This document shows, one piece after another, positions 6,922-17,337 of a stretch of DNA of 57,952 bases. The position numbers and the translations under genes are program-made. The notes below the pieces were generated by a model. It ran no database searches and was not told the origin of the DNA. It was given only the letters and a program-made list of their open reading frames with translations. The first letter of the stretch is position 1. Each line of letters opens with the position of its first letter. The stretch lies in the NCBI GenBank assembly GCA_964406075.1, contig CAYOQI010000007.1:1-57952 (forward strand), written 5' to 3'. The stretch is from an uncultured Pseudomonadales bacterium (GTDB taxonomy: Bacteria > Patescibacteriota > Microgenomatia > UBA1400 > PJMF01).

Positions 6922-8097
6922 ATGAAACAACGAACCTACTATATCCATACCTTTGGTTGTCAGTCAAACAAAAGCGATTCGGAACGAGTTGCTGGCGACT
7001 ACGAAGCACGCGGTTACACTGAAGCAAAAAATTGGCGAACAGCTGATGAAATTGTGGTAAATACCTGTGCAATTCGTCTTCGGGCTGAACATCGTGCGAA
7101 AGGCTTTTTGTTGAATGTGGTGAGGTACTTTGATGAACAAAAGCAATCTAAACCGAAGTTAATTTTAACTGGATGCATGACTCACCATGGTGATCAAAAG
7201 TTATATAGCATCCTTCCAATGATCGATGAAATTTTACCGATTAATGAAGTTGGATTTAACCAAGCTGCAATTCGTAAAGATTCTCCAAGTAGAAACGGCA
7301 TTAAGCATGCTTGGGTTCCGATTTCATTTGGATGCAATTCTTTCTGTACATTTTGTATTGTTCCCTATTCCCGTGGTCGTGAAAAATCGAGAGGTTTCGA
7401 AGAAATCATCGCAGAAGTGCAGATGCTAGTCGATCAAGGGTATGAAGAAATAACCTTGCTTGGTCAAAATGTAAATTCATGGGGTTTGGAAAAAATGGGA
7501 ATTGGTCTTCGAAAAATGTTGTTATCTACCGAAAAATTTTCTCTCAAAGATATTCCTGCCAACATTTCTCAGTATGATAAACCCACCGGTACTCCTCCAT
7601 TTGTGAAATTGTTGAGAGCGGTCAGTGACTTTCCACAAATTAAAAAGGTTCGATTTATTTCTGCAAATCCATGGGATTTTCATGATGAATTGATTGAAGA
7701 AATTGGAAAAAATAAAAAGATCGATCGATTTGTACACCTTCCTGTTCAGTCGGGTAGTGATCGAATTTTAAAACTCATGAATCGTGGATATACACGACAA
7801 AATTACTTAGATTTAGTGACGAAATTAAAAGCAGTTGATCCTGAAATTACAGTTGGAACAGACATTATTGTTGGATTTCCGGGAGAGACTGATGAAGATT
7901 TTGCAGAAACTGTTGATCTCGCTGAAAAAATACAGTGGCATGCAGGTTTTGTTGCTCAATATTCTCCTCGACCCGGAACAGCAGCTTGGAAATTATTTCA
8001 AGATGATGTAAATCCACAAGTGAAAAAACAACGATGGGAAATTTTAGATAAAGTGATTAATAAAGATAACCTCTATCGTCGACCAAAAATTATTTAA
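6922..8097 (+). CDS. miaB: MiaB-like radical-SAM methylthiotransferase lacking a TRAM domain
   Basis: N-terminal FGCQSNKSDSE (UPF0004 Cys), the radical-SAM CNSFCTFCIVPYSRG motif, and 391 aa ending just after the radical-SAM core. Followed 2 nt later by miaA. Confidence 0.8.
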   Translation: MKQRTYYIHTFGCQSNKSDSERVAGDYEARGYTEAKNWRTADEIVVNTCAIRLRAEHRAKGFLLNVVRYFDEQKQSKPKLILTGCMTHHGDQKLYSILPMIDEILPINEVGFNQAAIRKDSPSRNGIKHAWVPISFGCNSFCTFCIVPYSRGREKSRGFEEIIAEVQMLVDQGYEEITLLGQNVNSWGLEKMGIGLRKMLLSTEKFSLKDIPANISQYDKPTGTPPFVKLLRAVSDFPQIKKVRFISANPWDFHDELIEEIGKNKKIDRFVHLPVQSGSDRILKLMNRGYTRQNYLDLVTKLKAVDPEITVGTDIIVGFPGETDEDFAETVDLAEKIQWHAGFVAQYSPRPGTAAWKLFQDDVNPQVKKQRWEILDKVINKDNLYRRPKII

Positions 8098-8099
8098 AG

Positions 8100-9059
8100 A
8101 TGACTAACCTGCTCCCCAATCAATTAACTAGTAAAATCACTTTTATTGTTGGTCCCACAGCTACCGGAAAATCCGATTTAGCTTTTTCTTTATCCAAAAA
8201 AAATGCTTGTAATATTTTAGTGGCTGACAGTCGTCAGGTGTACAAAGACCTGGTGATTTGTAGTGGGGCTGATGTTCCGGCAAGTTTTTCTGTTCAAAGT
8301 AACGATGAACTTCCATATTCTTTTTTTTTTGATGGTGAAACAGAACTCCATGGTGTCGCTTTTTTAGAAACCACTGATCAATGGTCACTCGGTGCTTTTC
8401 ATCACTATGCTCGCCAAGTTTTAAAACGGACACTTTCCCAAAAGAAATCATTGATTATCGTTGGTGGAACAGGACTATACACACATTCACTGTTATTACC
8501 GGCTGAACACATCATTTCTTCCCCTTCAACAAATTTGAGAACTGAATTACAAACACTTTCATTAACTGAATTACAATCGAGGGTTTTAACAATTGATCCT
8601 CAATCTGAATCAAAATTTAATAACTCAGACTGGAATAATCCTCGTCGATTAATTAGAGCCATCGAAATTTTGTCAGAATCTCCATCACCAAAAATAGATA
8701 TCAATATGCTGAAAAATGAAATCAACTTAGGTGATGAAACAATTATCCCTCAATGGTTTGGCTTAACCATAGAAAAGGAAGATCTTGAGCAAAAAATAAG
8801 AGCCCGAGTGGTAAAAAGAATCGAACAAGGAGCTATCGATGAAGTGGAACGATTAGCCAGTTCAGTCGATGACAAAAAACTCTCAATCTTTAGTACGACT
8901 GGTGTAAAAGAAATTTTAGGATATATAAATGGTATGTATGAAAAAGAAGAGTTAGTCGAATTGTGGTCAAGAAGAGAGTTTCAATATGCTAAACGTCAAA
9001 TAACCTGGTTTAAAAAACGCGAATATATACATTGGGTCTCAACTGAAAAATCCATATAA
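8100..9059 (+). CDS. miaA: tRNA dimethylallyltransferase
   Basis: P-loop GPTATGKSDLA, ADSRQVYK, and the C-terminal YAKRQITWFK motif. Confidence 0.85.
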   Translation: MTNLLPNQLTSKITFIVGPTATGKSDLAFSLSKKNACNILVADSRQVYKDLVICSGADVPASFSVQSNDELPYSFFFDGETELHGVAFLETTDQWSLGAFHHYARQVLKRTLSQKKSLIIVGGTGLYTHSLLLPAEHIISSPSTNLRTELQTLSLTELQSRVLTIDPQSESKFNNSDWNNPRRLIRAIEILSESPSPKIDINMLKNEINLGDETIIPQWFGLTIEKEDLEQKIRARVVKRIEQGAIDEVERLASSVDDKKLSIFSTTGVKEILGYINGMYEKEELVELWSRREFQYAKRQITWFKKREYIHWVSTEKSI

Positions 9060-9090
9060 CTCATATCTAGACCAAGGCAACTAGTCCCTA

Positions 9091-9096
9091 TATACT
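9091..9096 (+). promoter_or_regulatory. -10 box (TATACT) 7 nt upstream of the ATG at 9104, preceded by CTAGTCC
   Basis: ctagtccc-TATACT-attgttt-ATG. It shares the CTAGTC module with the promoters at 52259 and 55431. Confidence 0.4.
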
Positions 9097-9103
9097 ATTG
9101 TTT

Positions 9104-10117
9104 ATGCCTTCACACTCTCACCACAAAGTCACTATCTCCTTTCAAACCATAGTATTAACCGCACTTTTCATGATGGGGTTGATCCTTCTGTTTTTTATTC
9201 AAGACATTCTGATTGCTTTATTCTTTTCAGTTATTTTAATGTCAGCTTTCAATCCATTGGTAAACTCAATGCAAAAGCGTGGAGTACCTCGCCCTTTGGG
9301 AATTCTTATTTTGTATGTAATTACTATTTCAGTGATTGCTTTCTTACTTACGCTTATCGTTCCGCCACTTGCGAGGGAGTTTAGTAATTTAGTTCGCAAT
9401 TTTCCTATTGCCAATCTTCCTCAAGAATTGACTCGATTAAAACTAAACATTTCAGATTTTAGCGGAGTACTCTCACAAATTGGTGGTTCAGTCACCTCAG
9501 TTCTTGGGTTCATTTCATCCACTTTTTCTTCTGTCTTTTTTGTCGTTACCGTACTGGTCATGAGCTTTTATCTGTTAATGGATCGTAAAAATCTTCACAA
9601 AAAATTCCACTGGTTTAATGATAAAGAGCGTTGGGAAACTATTGCAAAAGAATATATCGATCGGGTAGAAATCCAACTTGGTAGTTGGGTTCGCGGACAA
9701 CTGATTCTTATGTTTGTCGTTGGGTTTGTAACGTACATCGCTTTACTGCTTTTAGGTATTCCCTATGCGTTGCCATTAGCTGTCATCGCCGGTTTGCTTG
9801 AAATTTTGCCGAACCTTGGACCGACACTTGCTGCTGTTCCTGCCGTAATTATCGCTTTTTTCATGGTCAATCCCACAATGGCCATTTTTGTACTCGTCTT
9901 TTATATCCTAGTTCAACAGTTTGAAAATAGTTTCCTGGTCCCAAAGATTATGAAGAGCGCAGTGGATGTGGAACCGCTGACTTCAATATTGCTGATTTTA
10001 ATGGGAATAAAGCTGGGAGGAGTCGCTGGTGCATTACTTTCAGTTCCATTTTACTTATGTCTCCGAACATTTATTGATATGTATGTCCGAGAGGTAAAGA
10101 ATGGTCGAAAATCATGA
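9104..10117 (+). CDS. AI-2E family (PerM/YhhT-like) transporter
   Basis: Polytopic. The GLLEILPNLGPTLAAVPAV and QQFENSFLVPKIM motifs are typical of the family. The ATG at 9104 is preferred over the TTG at 9098. Confidence 0.75.
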   Translation: MPSHSHHKVTISFQTIVLTALFMMGLILLFFIQDILIALFFSVILMSAFNPLVNSMQKRGVPRPLGILILYVITISVIAFLLTLIVPPLAREFSNLVRNFPIANLPQELTRLKLNISDFSGVLSQIGGSVTSVLGFISSTFSSVFFVVTVLVMSFYLLMDRKNLHKKFHWFNDKERWETIAKEYIDRVEIQLGSWVRGQLILMFVVGFVTYIALLLLGIPYALPLAVIAGLLEILPNLGPTLAAVPAVIIAFFMVNPTMAIFVLVFYILVQQFENSFLVPKIMKSAVDVEPLTSILLILMGIKLGGVAGALLSVPFYLCLRTFIDMYVREVKNGRKS

Positions 10118-10370
10118 GGATAACGAGAGCTTAGAATTTCTTCGAAACTTAATCGGTGATGTGGCTTATGATTTTCCAAGTTTTGAAGCTTTTATTGAGC
10201 TATATACAGGAGAAAGCGATGCCAGTTGGCAAATTTATCTTCAACAAATTTCTCTACCTTCAGCAGATAGATCTGCAGAAATGTTAAATGAAGTAATCAG
10301 TAAAATAGGTTTTTCTGAAACAAGTGAAGGTCAGCTACTACAAAGAAACTCTGATCGAAAAATCCATTAA
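10101..10370 (+). CDS. Hypothetical acidic protein (89 aa)
   Basis: The ORF overlaps the transporter end by 17 nt. No motif recognised. Confidence 0.35.
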   Translation: MVENHEDNESLEFLRNLIGDVAYDFPSFEAFIELYTGESDASWQIYLQQISLPSADRSAEMLNEVISKIGFSETSEGQLLQRNSDRKIH

Positions 10371-10460
10371 TTTGCTTTAAATTTCTTCTTCGAACTTTGT
10401 CAAGGTTTCTCTACAACTAACCAATTAACTAACAACTGTCCTCTGTTCACTATTTTTTTT

Positions 10461-10794
10461 GGATCTGGTCTATAAGCCGGATTCTGTATTTGTATAGTCA
10501 TTTCTCTAATGCCTGCAACATTATCACTATGATAGGGAACACATCCATTGAAGTGAAATTCGGCAGTTGCAGCAGGGAGGATTGCCTAGCGGTCTTCCTT
10601 GACAGGGAAGTGCCAACCCAAAAGCTTGGTCGTTTCACTCGGCGCTACCCGATTCGTCACTGTTGCTCTAACTGTCTTCCGATAAATCGGAACCCTCACC
10701 TTTCAGTGAGCACCCTGTGTTCTGCTGTCCGGACTTTCCTCCCCTCATAGTTCCGCTAAGCGGAACGACGTGGGGCGACTACCCGACCAGATCC
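10461..10794 (-). ncRNA. rnpB: RNase P RNA (bacterial type)
   Basis: The minus strand reads GGAUCUGGUC...GAGGGGAGGAAAGUCCGGAC...ACAGAAUCCGGCUUAUAGACCAGAUCC. These are the universally conserved CR-I and CR-V blocks and the P1 pairing GGATCTGGTC/GACCAGATCC. Ends are accurate to about 5 nt. Confidence 0.9.
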
Positions 10795-10910
10795 GCTACT
10801 ATTATATCTTGAATGCTGTGAATCTGGTATCTCTGCTTGTTTTTATAAATAAAGAAAGAGTAGAATAATCAGAACCTGTTTGAAACAGTAAATAATCACA
10901 AAGGAGGATC

Positions 10911-11618
10911 ATGGAGCCAGCTGTAACATCTTTTTCTTCAAGTTTTGATTCTGCATTGACGCTTACTGCTGCCCAGGTTTCGTTGTATTTCCCCAAGATT
11001 ATTGCTGCATTGCTCATTCTCATTTTTGGAACGCTTATTGCCCGGTGGTTACGTCAACTCGTAATGAAATCTTTGGAATATATTCAAGTTTCCAGAATGT
11101 TAAAAAATACTCCTATTGAAGGGTTTTTAGCAAATGCCGATGTCACTACAAAAATTGAAGGTATCGTTGGCACAATCGTGTACTGGGTATTTATGCTGGT
11201 TGTACTACAAACAGCTGTTGGATTACTTGGACTCGATTCACTGACCTTAATTTTGAATACAGTACTTGGATATATCCCTCGAATCTTCTCATCCATGATT
11301 ATCATTGTGTTAGGATTAATTGTTGCTGGAGTTTTAGAAAGTGTTGTAAAAGGGGCCATTCGAAGTATCGAAGGTCTTGAAGCCAAACAAGCTCGAGCGG
11401 TCGGCAAACTCACCAGTTACTTAACAATCATCATTTTCATCCTCGCAGCTGTATCTGAGCTGGGTATTGCAGAACAATTCATCATTATTTTATTCATCGG
11501 TGTTATTGCTACATTAACAATTGCCTTAGGTTTATCAATTGGACTTGGCAGCAAGGACGTTGTCCATAAAATAGTTGATGAGTGGTATGCCGGTTTACGA
11601 AAAGAAATGAAAAAATGA
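10911..11618 (+). CDS. Membrane protein with 'conserved TM helix' repeats (MscS N-terminal-like)
   Basis: Repeated segments of the type FPKIIAALLILIFGTLIARWL. AAAGGAGG Shine-Dalgarno upstream. Confidence 0.5.
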   Translation: MEPAVTSFSSSFDSALTLTAAQVSLYFPKIIAALLILIFGTLIARWLRQLVMKSLEYIQVSRMLKNTPIEGFLANADVTTKIEGIVGTIVYWVFMLVVLQTAVGLLGLDSLTLILNTVLGYIPRIFSSMIIIVLGLIVAGVLESVVKGAIRSIEGLEAKQARAVGKLTSYLTIIIFILAAVSELGIAEQFIIILFIGVIATLTIALGLSIGLGSKDVVHKIVDEWYAGLRKEMKK

Positions 11619-12397
11619 CTTCCCTTCAAGCGGCGATTCTAGGTACCGTTCAAGGATTAACAGAATTTCTTCCAATCTCCAGTTCTGGTCATCTCGTTTT
11701 GTTCGAACAATTTTTTGGGATTCAATCTACTTCACTTCACTTTGAAGTTGTTGTCCACGTTGCTACATTATTTGCTGTCCTGATTTTCTTCTTTAAAGAT
11801 TTAAATAAATTAAAATTTAGATACTTAGCCGTTCTGGGCATTGGAACTATTCCAGCAGTACTGGTTGGATTATTTCTCAAAGACCAAGTCGAAGCTGCTT
11901 TCTCTTCTATTACAGAAGTTGCCATTGAATTTTTCATTACTGGAATTATTTTGTTTATTGCCCAACGTGAGTTAAATAAACGAGAGATGAATCCAAAACA
12001 CAATTCACTTGAATCTACTTCACCTCTTCACGGATTGATCATTGGAATCGCCCAAGCCATTGCCATTTTCCCAGCCATCTCAAGATCTGGATCAACTGTT
12101 GCGGCAGCTCTGAAATTACATATCAGTCGTGAAGAAGCGTTCCGTTTTTCCTTTTTGCTTTCCATTCCAGCCATTTTAGGAGCAAGTGTATTAACACTCA
12201 TTGATATCACAAAAGAAGGAATTCCGACAACTGACTCTGTTATTAATTATTTAATTGGTGGAATCTTCGCCTTTATCTTTGGGGTTATGAGCTTGCTGTG
12301 GTTTAAGCGTGTGATGCAAAAAGCTCAATTACATTACTTTGGATATTACTGTTGTGCGTTATCTGTTTTACTTTTGATAAATCAATTTATTTTATAA
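11615..12397 (+). CDS. uppP: Undecaprenyl-diphosphate phosphatase
   Basis: The GLTEFLPISSSGHL motif and the PAISRSGST motif. ATGA overlap with the upstream stop. Confidence 0.85.
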   Translation: MTSLQAAILGTVQGLTEFLPISSSGHLVLFEQFFGIQSTSLHFEVVVHVATLFAVLIFFFKDLNKLKFRYLAVLGIGTIPAVLVGLFLKDQVEAAFSSITEVAIEFFITGIILFIAQRELNKREMNPKHNSLESTSPLHGLIIGIAQAIAIFPAISRSGSTVAAALKLHISREEAFRFSFLLSIPAILGASVLTLIDITKEGIPTTDSVINYLIGGIFAFIFGVMSLLWFKRVMQKAQLHYFGYYCCALSVLLLINQFIL

Positions 12398-12431
12398 TTT
12401 GGATACTATTCCAACTATTTAATAAGAACGC

Positions 12432-13937
12432 ATGCACGCAAAAGTATTGTCTGTTACAGCCGTTGGTTTGCAGACACTCACAATTGAAGTTGAGGTCAAT
12501 GCAGGGCGTGGTAAGCCTGGAATAGGGATTGTTGGTCTTCCAAGCAAAGCGGTACAGGAATCACAAGATCGTGTCAAAACAGCACTTCAAAATTGCGGCA
12601 TACACTTCCCCGCTAAAAAAATTACGATCAACTTAGCCCCTGCAGATATTTCAAAAGAGGGCCCCAGTTTTGATTTACCGATCGCACTTGGTATTTTAGA
12701 AAGTTTCGATATTTTTCAAATCCCAAATCCTGATTCAATTGCTTTTGTGGGTGAACTTTCTTTGCTCGGTGAACTAAGGAAAACCAAAGGCGTACTTCCA
12801 TATGTACTCCATGCTCGTGAGAAAGGTTTTAAATCAATTGTCATTCCCTATCAAAATGCAGAAGAAGTAAATATTATTTCTGGAATAACCATCATTCCCG
12901 TCAAACATATTGCTGAACTAATTGCTCATTTTCAAAATAGCGAACCACTGACTATTTTGTCACCTCAGCCATTTCAACAATCATTTTCTGATCAACCGAT
13001 CATTGATTTCGCCCATGTACACGGACAATATCAGGCCAAACGTGCGTTAGAAATTGCCGCAGCCGGTGGACATAACATTTTAATGAATGGCTCACCTGGA
13101 TCTGGGAAATCCATGTTGGCTCAGGCTTTGAACTCGATCCTTCCGGCTATGACTGAAACCGAGGTCGTCGAAGTCACAACAATTTACTCAGTCGCCGGTC
13201 TTGCTGATCAAGGCCTTATTCGTTCTCGACCTTTTCGTTCCCCACATCACACCATTTCACAAGTTGGATTAATCGGCGGTGGGTCTAAACTTCGACCTGG
13301 TGAGATTTCACTTGCACATCGGGGCATACTGTTTTTGGATGAATTTCCAGAATTTTCTCACTCAGCGATTGAAGCTCTTCGCCAACCATTAGAAGATCAC
13401 GTTGTGAATATTTCTCGAGCATCAGGCTCGGTGCGTTATCCATCGAATTTTACTCTTGTCGCTGCTGCGAATCCTTGCCCATGTGGTTATGCATTGTCAA
13501 AAAAAAGAACCTGTAACTGTTCCCAACTCCAATTAGAACGTTATGAAAAAAAATTGTCAGGACCGATTTTAGATCGAATTGATCTACATGTCAGAGTGCA
13601 AGAAGTTGAAGTCAAAGACTTAGCTCAGCAAGATGATACACAAAGAGAAAATTCCAAAAGTATTCAAGAACGAGTCAATTCAGCTCGTCAGATACAACTC
13701 AAACGGTATCAAGAATTAACGTATTTAACAAATAGCGAACTTTCTTCGCAGATAGTAAAGACGCATTGCGTGATGACAGAAGATGCGAAAAACACGTTGC
13801 AACAAGCGGTGGAGAAACTGCATTTATCAGCCAGAAGTTATTTTAAAATGGTAAAGGTCGCACAAACGATTGCAGATCTCGCCAACCACGATCGGATTGA
13901 ATTGGAGCATGTTGCTGAGGCACTGCAATACAGATGA
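12432..13937 (+). CDS. comM: YifB/ComM family Mg-chelatase-like AAA+ ATPase
   Basis: 501 aa. N-terminal Lon-protease-like domain, Walker A GSPGSGKSML, Walker B ILFLDEF, and a Cys cluster CPCGY...CNC. Confidence 0.8.
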   Translation: MHAKVLSVTAVGLQTLTIEVEVNAGRGKPGIGIVGLPSKAVQESQDRVKTALQNCGIHFPAKKITINLAPADISKEGPSFDLPIALGILESFDIFQIPNPDSIAFVGELSLLGELRKTKGVLPYVLHAREKGFKSIVIPYQNAEEVNIISGITIIPVKHIAELIAHFQNSEPLTILSPQPFQQSFSDQPIIDFAHVHGQYQAKRALEIAAAGGHNILMNGSPGSGKSMLAQALNSILPAMTETEVVEVTTIYSVAGLADQGLIRSRPFRSPHHTISQVGLIGGGSKLRPGEISLAHRGILFLDEFPEFSHSAIEALRQPLEDHVVNISRASGSVRYPSNFTLVAAANPCPCGYALSKKRTCNCSQLQLERYEKKLSGPILDRIDLHVRVQEVEVKDLAQQDDTQRENSKSIQERVNSARQIQLKRYQELTYLTNSELSSQIVKTHCVMTEDAKNTLQQAVEKLHLSARSYFKMVKVAQTIADLANHDRIELEHVAEALQYR

Positions 13938-14027
13938 AGCAGAATATATTTCTATTTATTATTTCAGTTGATTCCCAAAACAGATACAGATAGGTATACT
14001 AGCCACATCAGATCACGAAAGGATCGT

Positions 14028-14756
14028 ATGAAAGGTATTATTCTCGCCGGTGGAAGTGGAACTCGTCTTCGTCCTCTCACCAAAATCACCAGTAAACAAC
14101 TTCTCCCAATTTACAACAAACCAATGATTTTCTATCCGATCGAAACGTTGGTGACCGCCGGAATTAAAGATATTCTGATTATCATGGCGCCAGAACGTGC
14201 AGGAGATTTTTTAAACTTGCTTGGCAGTGGAAAAGATTTTGGTTGTAAATTTTCATACGAAGTTCAGGAAAAACCAGAAGGTCTCGCTCAAGCATTTTTG
14301 ATTGCTGAAAACTTTATTGGTGAGGATCCCGTTACTTTAATTCTTGGCGATAATGTATTTGAAGATGATTTTTCTCAGTCTATTCAAACGTTTGAAAAAG
14401 GTGCTCGAGTTTTTGCGAAACAAGTACCTGATCCAGAGCGATTTGGGGTTGTTGCATTCGATGAAAATAAAAAAGTCGTATCAATTATCGAAAAGCCCGC
14501 TCAACCTGCTTCAGATTATGCGGTCACTGGTCTCTATATTTATGACAATACGGTGGTTGAAAAAGCGAAATCACTGAAACCTTCCCCACGAGGTGAAATC
14601 GAAATTACTGATCTGAATAACTTGTATCTGCAAGAAGGAACACTTGATGTTGCTTTTGTAGAAGGCAAATGGCTCGATACCGGCACATTCGAAGCCATGT
14701 TTGAAGCTATTAAGTTCGCTCGTGAAAAAGCATTGGCGAGTTCACCCCAATCATAA
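14028..14756 (+). CDS. rfbA: Glucose-1-phosphate thymidylyltransferase-like sugar nucleotidyltransferase (short form)
   Basis: [23 protein letters not shown]...[17 protein letters not shown] and WLDTGT motifs. The ATG at 14028 with an AAAGGA Shine-Dalgarno is preferred over the TTG at 13968. Confidence 0.8.
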   Translation: MKGIILAGGSGTRLRPLTKITSKQLLPIYNKPMIFYPIETLVTAGIKDILIIMAPERAGDFLNLLGSGKDFGCKFSYEVQEKPEGLAQAFLIAENFIGEDPVTLILGDNVFEDDFSQSIQTFEKGARVFAKQVPDPERFGVVAFDENKKVVSIIEKPAQPASDYAVTGLYIYDNTVVEKAKSLKPSPRGEIEITDLNNLYLQEGTLDVAFVEGKWLDTGTFEAMFEAIKFAREKALASSPQS

Positions 14757-14825
14757 AGAAATACTTAATAATTTCAGATGAACTGATAACTGACAACCAA
14801 CTTACTTAAGTTGTACAATATCCTC

Positions 14826-15767
14826 ATGAGAAAAGTGATTATTTCCTCACTACTTTTGAGTTTTTTCTTTTCACTTTTTTTTGTGAACTCTGCTCTTGCT
14901 CAGAATGAAGAACCTTGGCTTCCATTTCCAGAAGAAACACCGTCTCCCTCACCCACTGTAACCCCTGATCCCAATATTGCTACTCCGGTAAGTCCTCAAC
15001 CTTCAGCATCCCTCAACCCTGAACCAGATCCAACAATTATTGGTGGAGTTCCAGCAAACGTCACACGCTTTGAAAATTTGCAAAAAAAATACTTTGAATT
15101 ACTTGAAAGTTATCGAACTCAGGAACAAATATTTACTGTTGCCAAAGCGCAGTATGTACAATTAAACACCCTTGCTTCTCAGGAGTTGGCGGTCAAAGAA
15201 ACCAGGACACTCATTGATATTCGGGCTGACATTTTCATTGTGTACCTGGATATGTTAGAGGAAATCCTCAGTCAAACGAAAGGTATCCCACTAGAAAATA
15301 AGACACCTCAACTCGTAAAAATTCAGTTGTTGAGAGAATCAGTATTACTTCATAAAAATATAAATACTAGTGCTCTTGATCGACTAACACTTGATGCAGA
15401 ATCGCTTAAATTTAAAGCAACCATAACCAACTTACAAAGAGAAGCATATTACAGTCTCAGTTTAATCCGATTAGGTCGAGTCCAACACGCATTCGATAAG
15501 TTGCTTTCCGTTCGTGCTGAAGTAGAAAAAGATGTGATGGGAAGAGATCTCTCTTCGTCTCAACGAGCACAAAAAGAGCGAGGATTCAATGAAATTCAAC
15601 GCACCACAGATTTAACAAATACCCGTCTCACCCCAATAGCCAGTGATGTTTTTAAAAAGCAGAATGTTCGATCACTGGGTGATTTTTCTTCTTTAACATC
15701 AGAATTAAATCCTGTGTTTTCCGGGATAAATCAAACCGTAGAATTTTTACAAGAAATCAGAAAATAA
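14826..15767 (+). CDS. Hypothetical secreted protein with a Pro-rich linker and a helical C-terminal domain
   Basis: Signal peptide MRKVIISSLLLSFFFSLFFVNSALA, then a PSPSPTVTPDP-rich tract. Confidence 0.55.
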   Translation: MRKVIISSLLLSFFFSLFFVNSALAQNEEPWLPFPEETPSPSPTVTPDPNIATPVSPQPSASLNPEPDPTIIGGVPANVTRFENLQKKYFELLESYRTQEQIFTVAKAQYVQLNTLASQELAVKETRTLIDIRADIFIVYLDMLEEILSQTKGIPLENKTPQLVKIQLLRESVLLHKNINTSALDRLTLDAESLKFKATITNLQREAYYSLSLIRLGRVQHAFDKLLSVRAEVEKDVMGRDLSSSQRAQKERGFNEIQRTTDLTNTRLTPIASDVFKKQNVRSLGDFSSLTSELNPVFSGINQTVEFLQEIRK

Positions 15768-15790
15768 ATTCATGAATTCGGAGTAAAAAA

Positions 15791-16162
15791 ATGAGTGACC
15801 AGATGAATGACAATCAAACTATTTTTTCAGAAGAACAACCTTTTTTTGATGTTGATTCTTTTGGGAAAAATTTTATTGATCCTTCAGTTCCAAAAAAGAA
15901 GCGTTCACCACTAATCTTCATTATCATCATCGTGATTCTGGTCATACTGGTCGGTATTCTGACTCTGATGAGATTGTTTCAAAATAGTGGGGGAATTATC
16001 TCACCGTTTGCATCACCAACTCCTACACCAGTGACTTCACTTTCACCCCTCGATCAATTATTTATTGAACTGGACAATGAAATAAAAAACGCTGACCCCT
16101 CTGAAAACATCTTGCCTTTTCCTCCGGTAAGGGATACCATCACCATCTCACCTGAAAAGTGA
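15791..16162 (+). CDS. Hypothetical single-pass membrane protein
   Basis: One TM segment (LIFIIIIVILVILVGILTLM) followed by a Pro/Thr-rich tail. GGAG Shine-Dalgarno. Confidence 0.5.
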   Translation: MSDQMNDNQTIFSEEQPFFDVDSFGKNFIDPSVPKKKRSPLIFIIIIVILVILVGILTLMRLFQNSGGIISPFASPTPTPVTSLSPLDQLFIELDNEIKNADPSENILPFPPVRDTITISPEK

Positions 16163-16222
16163 TTTCTCTTATAAACTTTTTTTGCTCAAATCAATCATAA
16201 ACCGTGAGCATTATCACTACAT

Positions 16223-16549
16223 ATGACACTCAAAGACCTTCAATCCAGTTATTCACTGATTGCCAAACAACTGCATCAACATTGGCCATTAGAAGACAAG
16301 GATCATCAAATTTTTGCTCGGACCATCAAGGTGCTCGAAGAACTTGGTGAACTGGCTGATGAAATTTTATCAAGTATGAAGCTCCAGCGAGCCTCGAAAG
16401 TTGAACTACACACGAGGGAAAAACTTGAGGATGAATTTGCCGATACGATGGGATCGCTGATGTTACTTGCTCATGAATTAGACATTGATTTAGAGAAAGT
16501 AATGTTGCGAAAAATAGAGTTTACGAAAAAGCGACTTTCCGATCTTTAA
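16223..16549 (+). CDS. MazG-like nucleoside triphosphate pyrophosphohydrolase domain protein
   Basis: 108 aa. The EELGELADE...EDEFADTMGSLMLLA pattern matches the E-x-x-E ... E-x-x-D pattern of the all-alpha NTP-PPase fold. Confidence 0.6.
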   Translation: MTLKDLQSSYSLIAKQLHQHWPLEDKDHQIFARTIKVLEELGELADEILSSMKLQRASKVELHTREKLEDEFADTMGSLMLLAHELDIDLEKVMLRKIEFTKKRLSDL

Positions 16550-16569
16550 ACGAATCAACAAACAGCTAA

Positions 16570-17313
16570 TTAGTCATTTGCGAACTCAGTTTTTTCCAAA
16601 TTGACGATTGTACCAATATCATCTCCGTGAACTGCTCTTTCCAAATTATTCTCTTCAAACAATTTGAAGACCATAATCGGCATATTATTTTCACTACACA
16701 TGGCGAGTGCTGCTGTATCCATGACTTGGATATCATCATTTTCAATTGCTTGCTTAAAGTTTAGCACTTTAAATCGCTTTGCTTCAGGATATTTCATCGG
16801 ATCTTTATCGTAAACACCGTTAACTTTGGTTGCTTTCATAACAACATCACAATGCAACTCTAACGCATGTAAGGCTGCACCAGTGTCTGTGGTGACATAT
16901 GGATTACCAGTTCCCGCTCCGATAATAACTACACGACCTTTTTCCATGTGTCGAATTGCTTTTCTTCGAACAAATGGTTCAGCTACTGATGGCATTTGAA
17001 GAGCTGATTGTACACGTGTGGGAACGCCCACTTTTTCTAAAGCATCTTGCAATGCTAAGGCATTCATCATCGTTGCTAACATCCCCATATAATCCGCAGT
17101 TGCTCGTTCTATTCCATTTTTTGATCCAGAGATTCCACGAAAAATATTTCCTGCACCAATCACGATCGCTATTTGAACACCCTTAGCAAAGATCGTACGA
17201 ATATGTTGTGCGACTTCTTCAGCCGAATCGGGATCAATTCCATATTCCCGTTTTCCTAACATCGATTCACCACCAACTTTAAGTAGGATGCGTTTAAAAC
17301 GATTCACAGCCAT
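16570..17313 (-). CDS. pyrH: UMP kinase
   Basis: 247 aa. KRILLKVGGE, the GAGNIFRG motif, and a GTGNPYVTTDT motif. Confidence 0.9.
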   Translation of the reverse strand: MAVNRFKRILLKVGGESMLGKREYGIDPDSAEEVAQHIRTIFAKGVQIAIVIGAGNIFRGISGSKNGIERATADYMGMLATMMNALALQDALEKVGVPTRVQSALQMPSVAEPFVRRKAIRHMEKGRVVIIGAGTGNPYVTTDTGAALHALELHCDVVMKATKVNGVYDKDPMKYPEAKRFKVLNFKQAIENDDIQVMDTAALAMCSENNMPIMVFKLFEENNLERAVHGDDIGTIVNLEKTEFAND

Positions 17314-17337
17314 ATAAACCTTTCAGTAGTGTTCCTG

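Noticed and set aside
10490-10750. 86-aa ORF on the + strand
   Set aside because: It lies entirely inside the RNase P RNA gene on the opposite strand (CR-I GGAGGAAAGTCCGGAC and CR-V present), so it is a spurious ORF.
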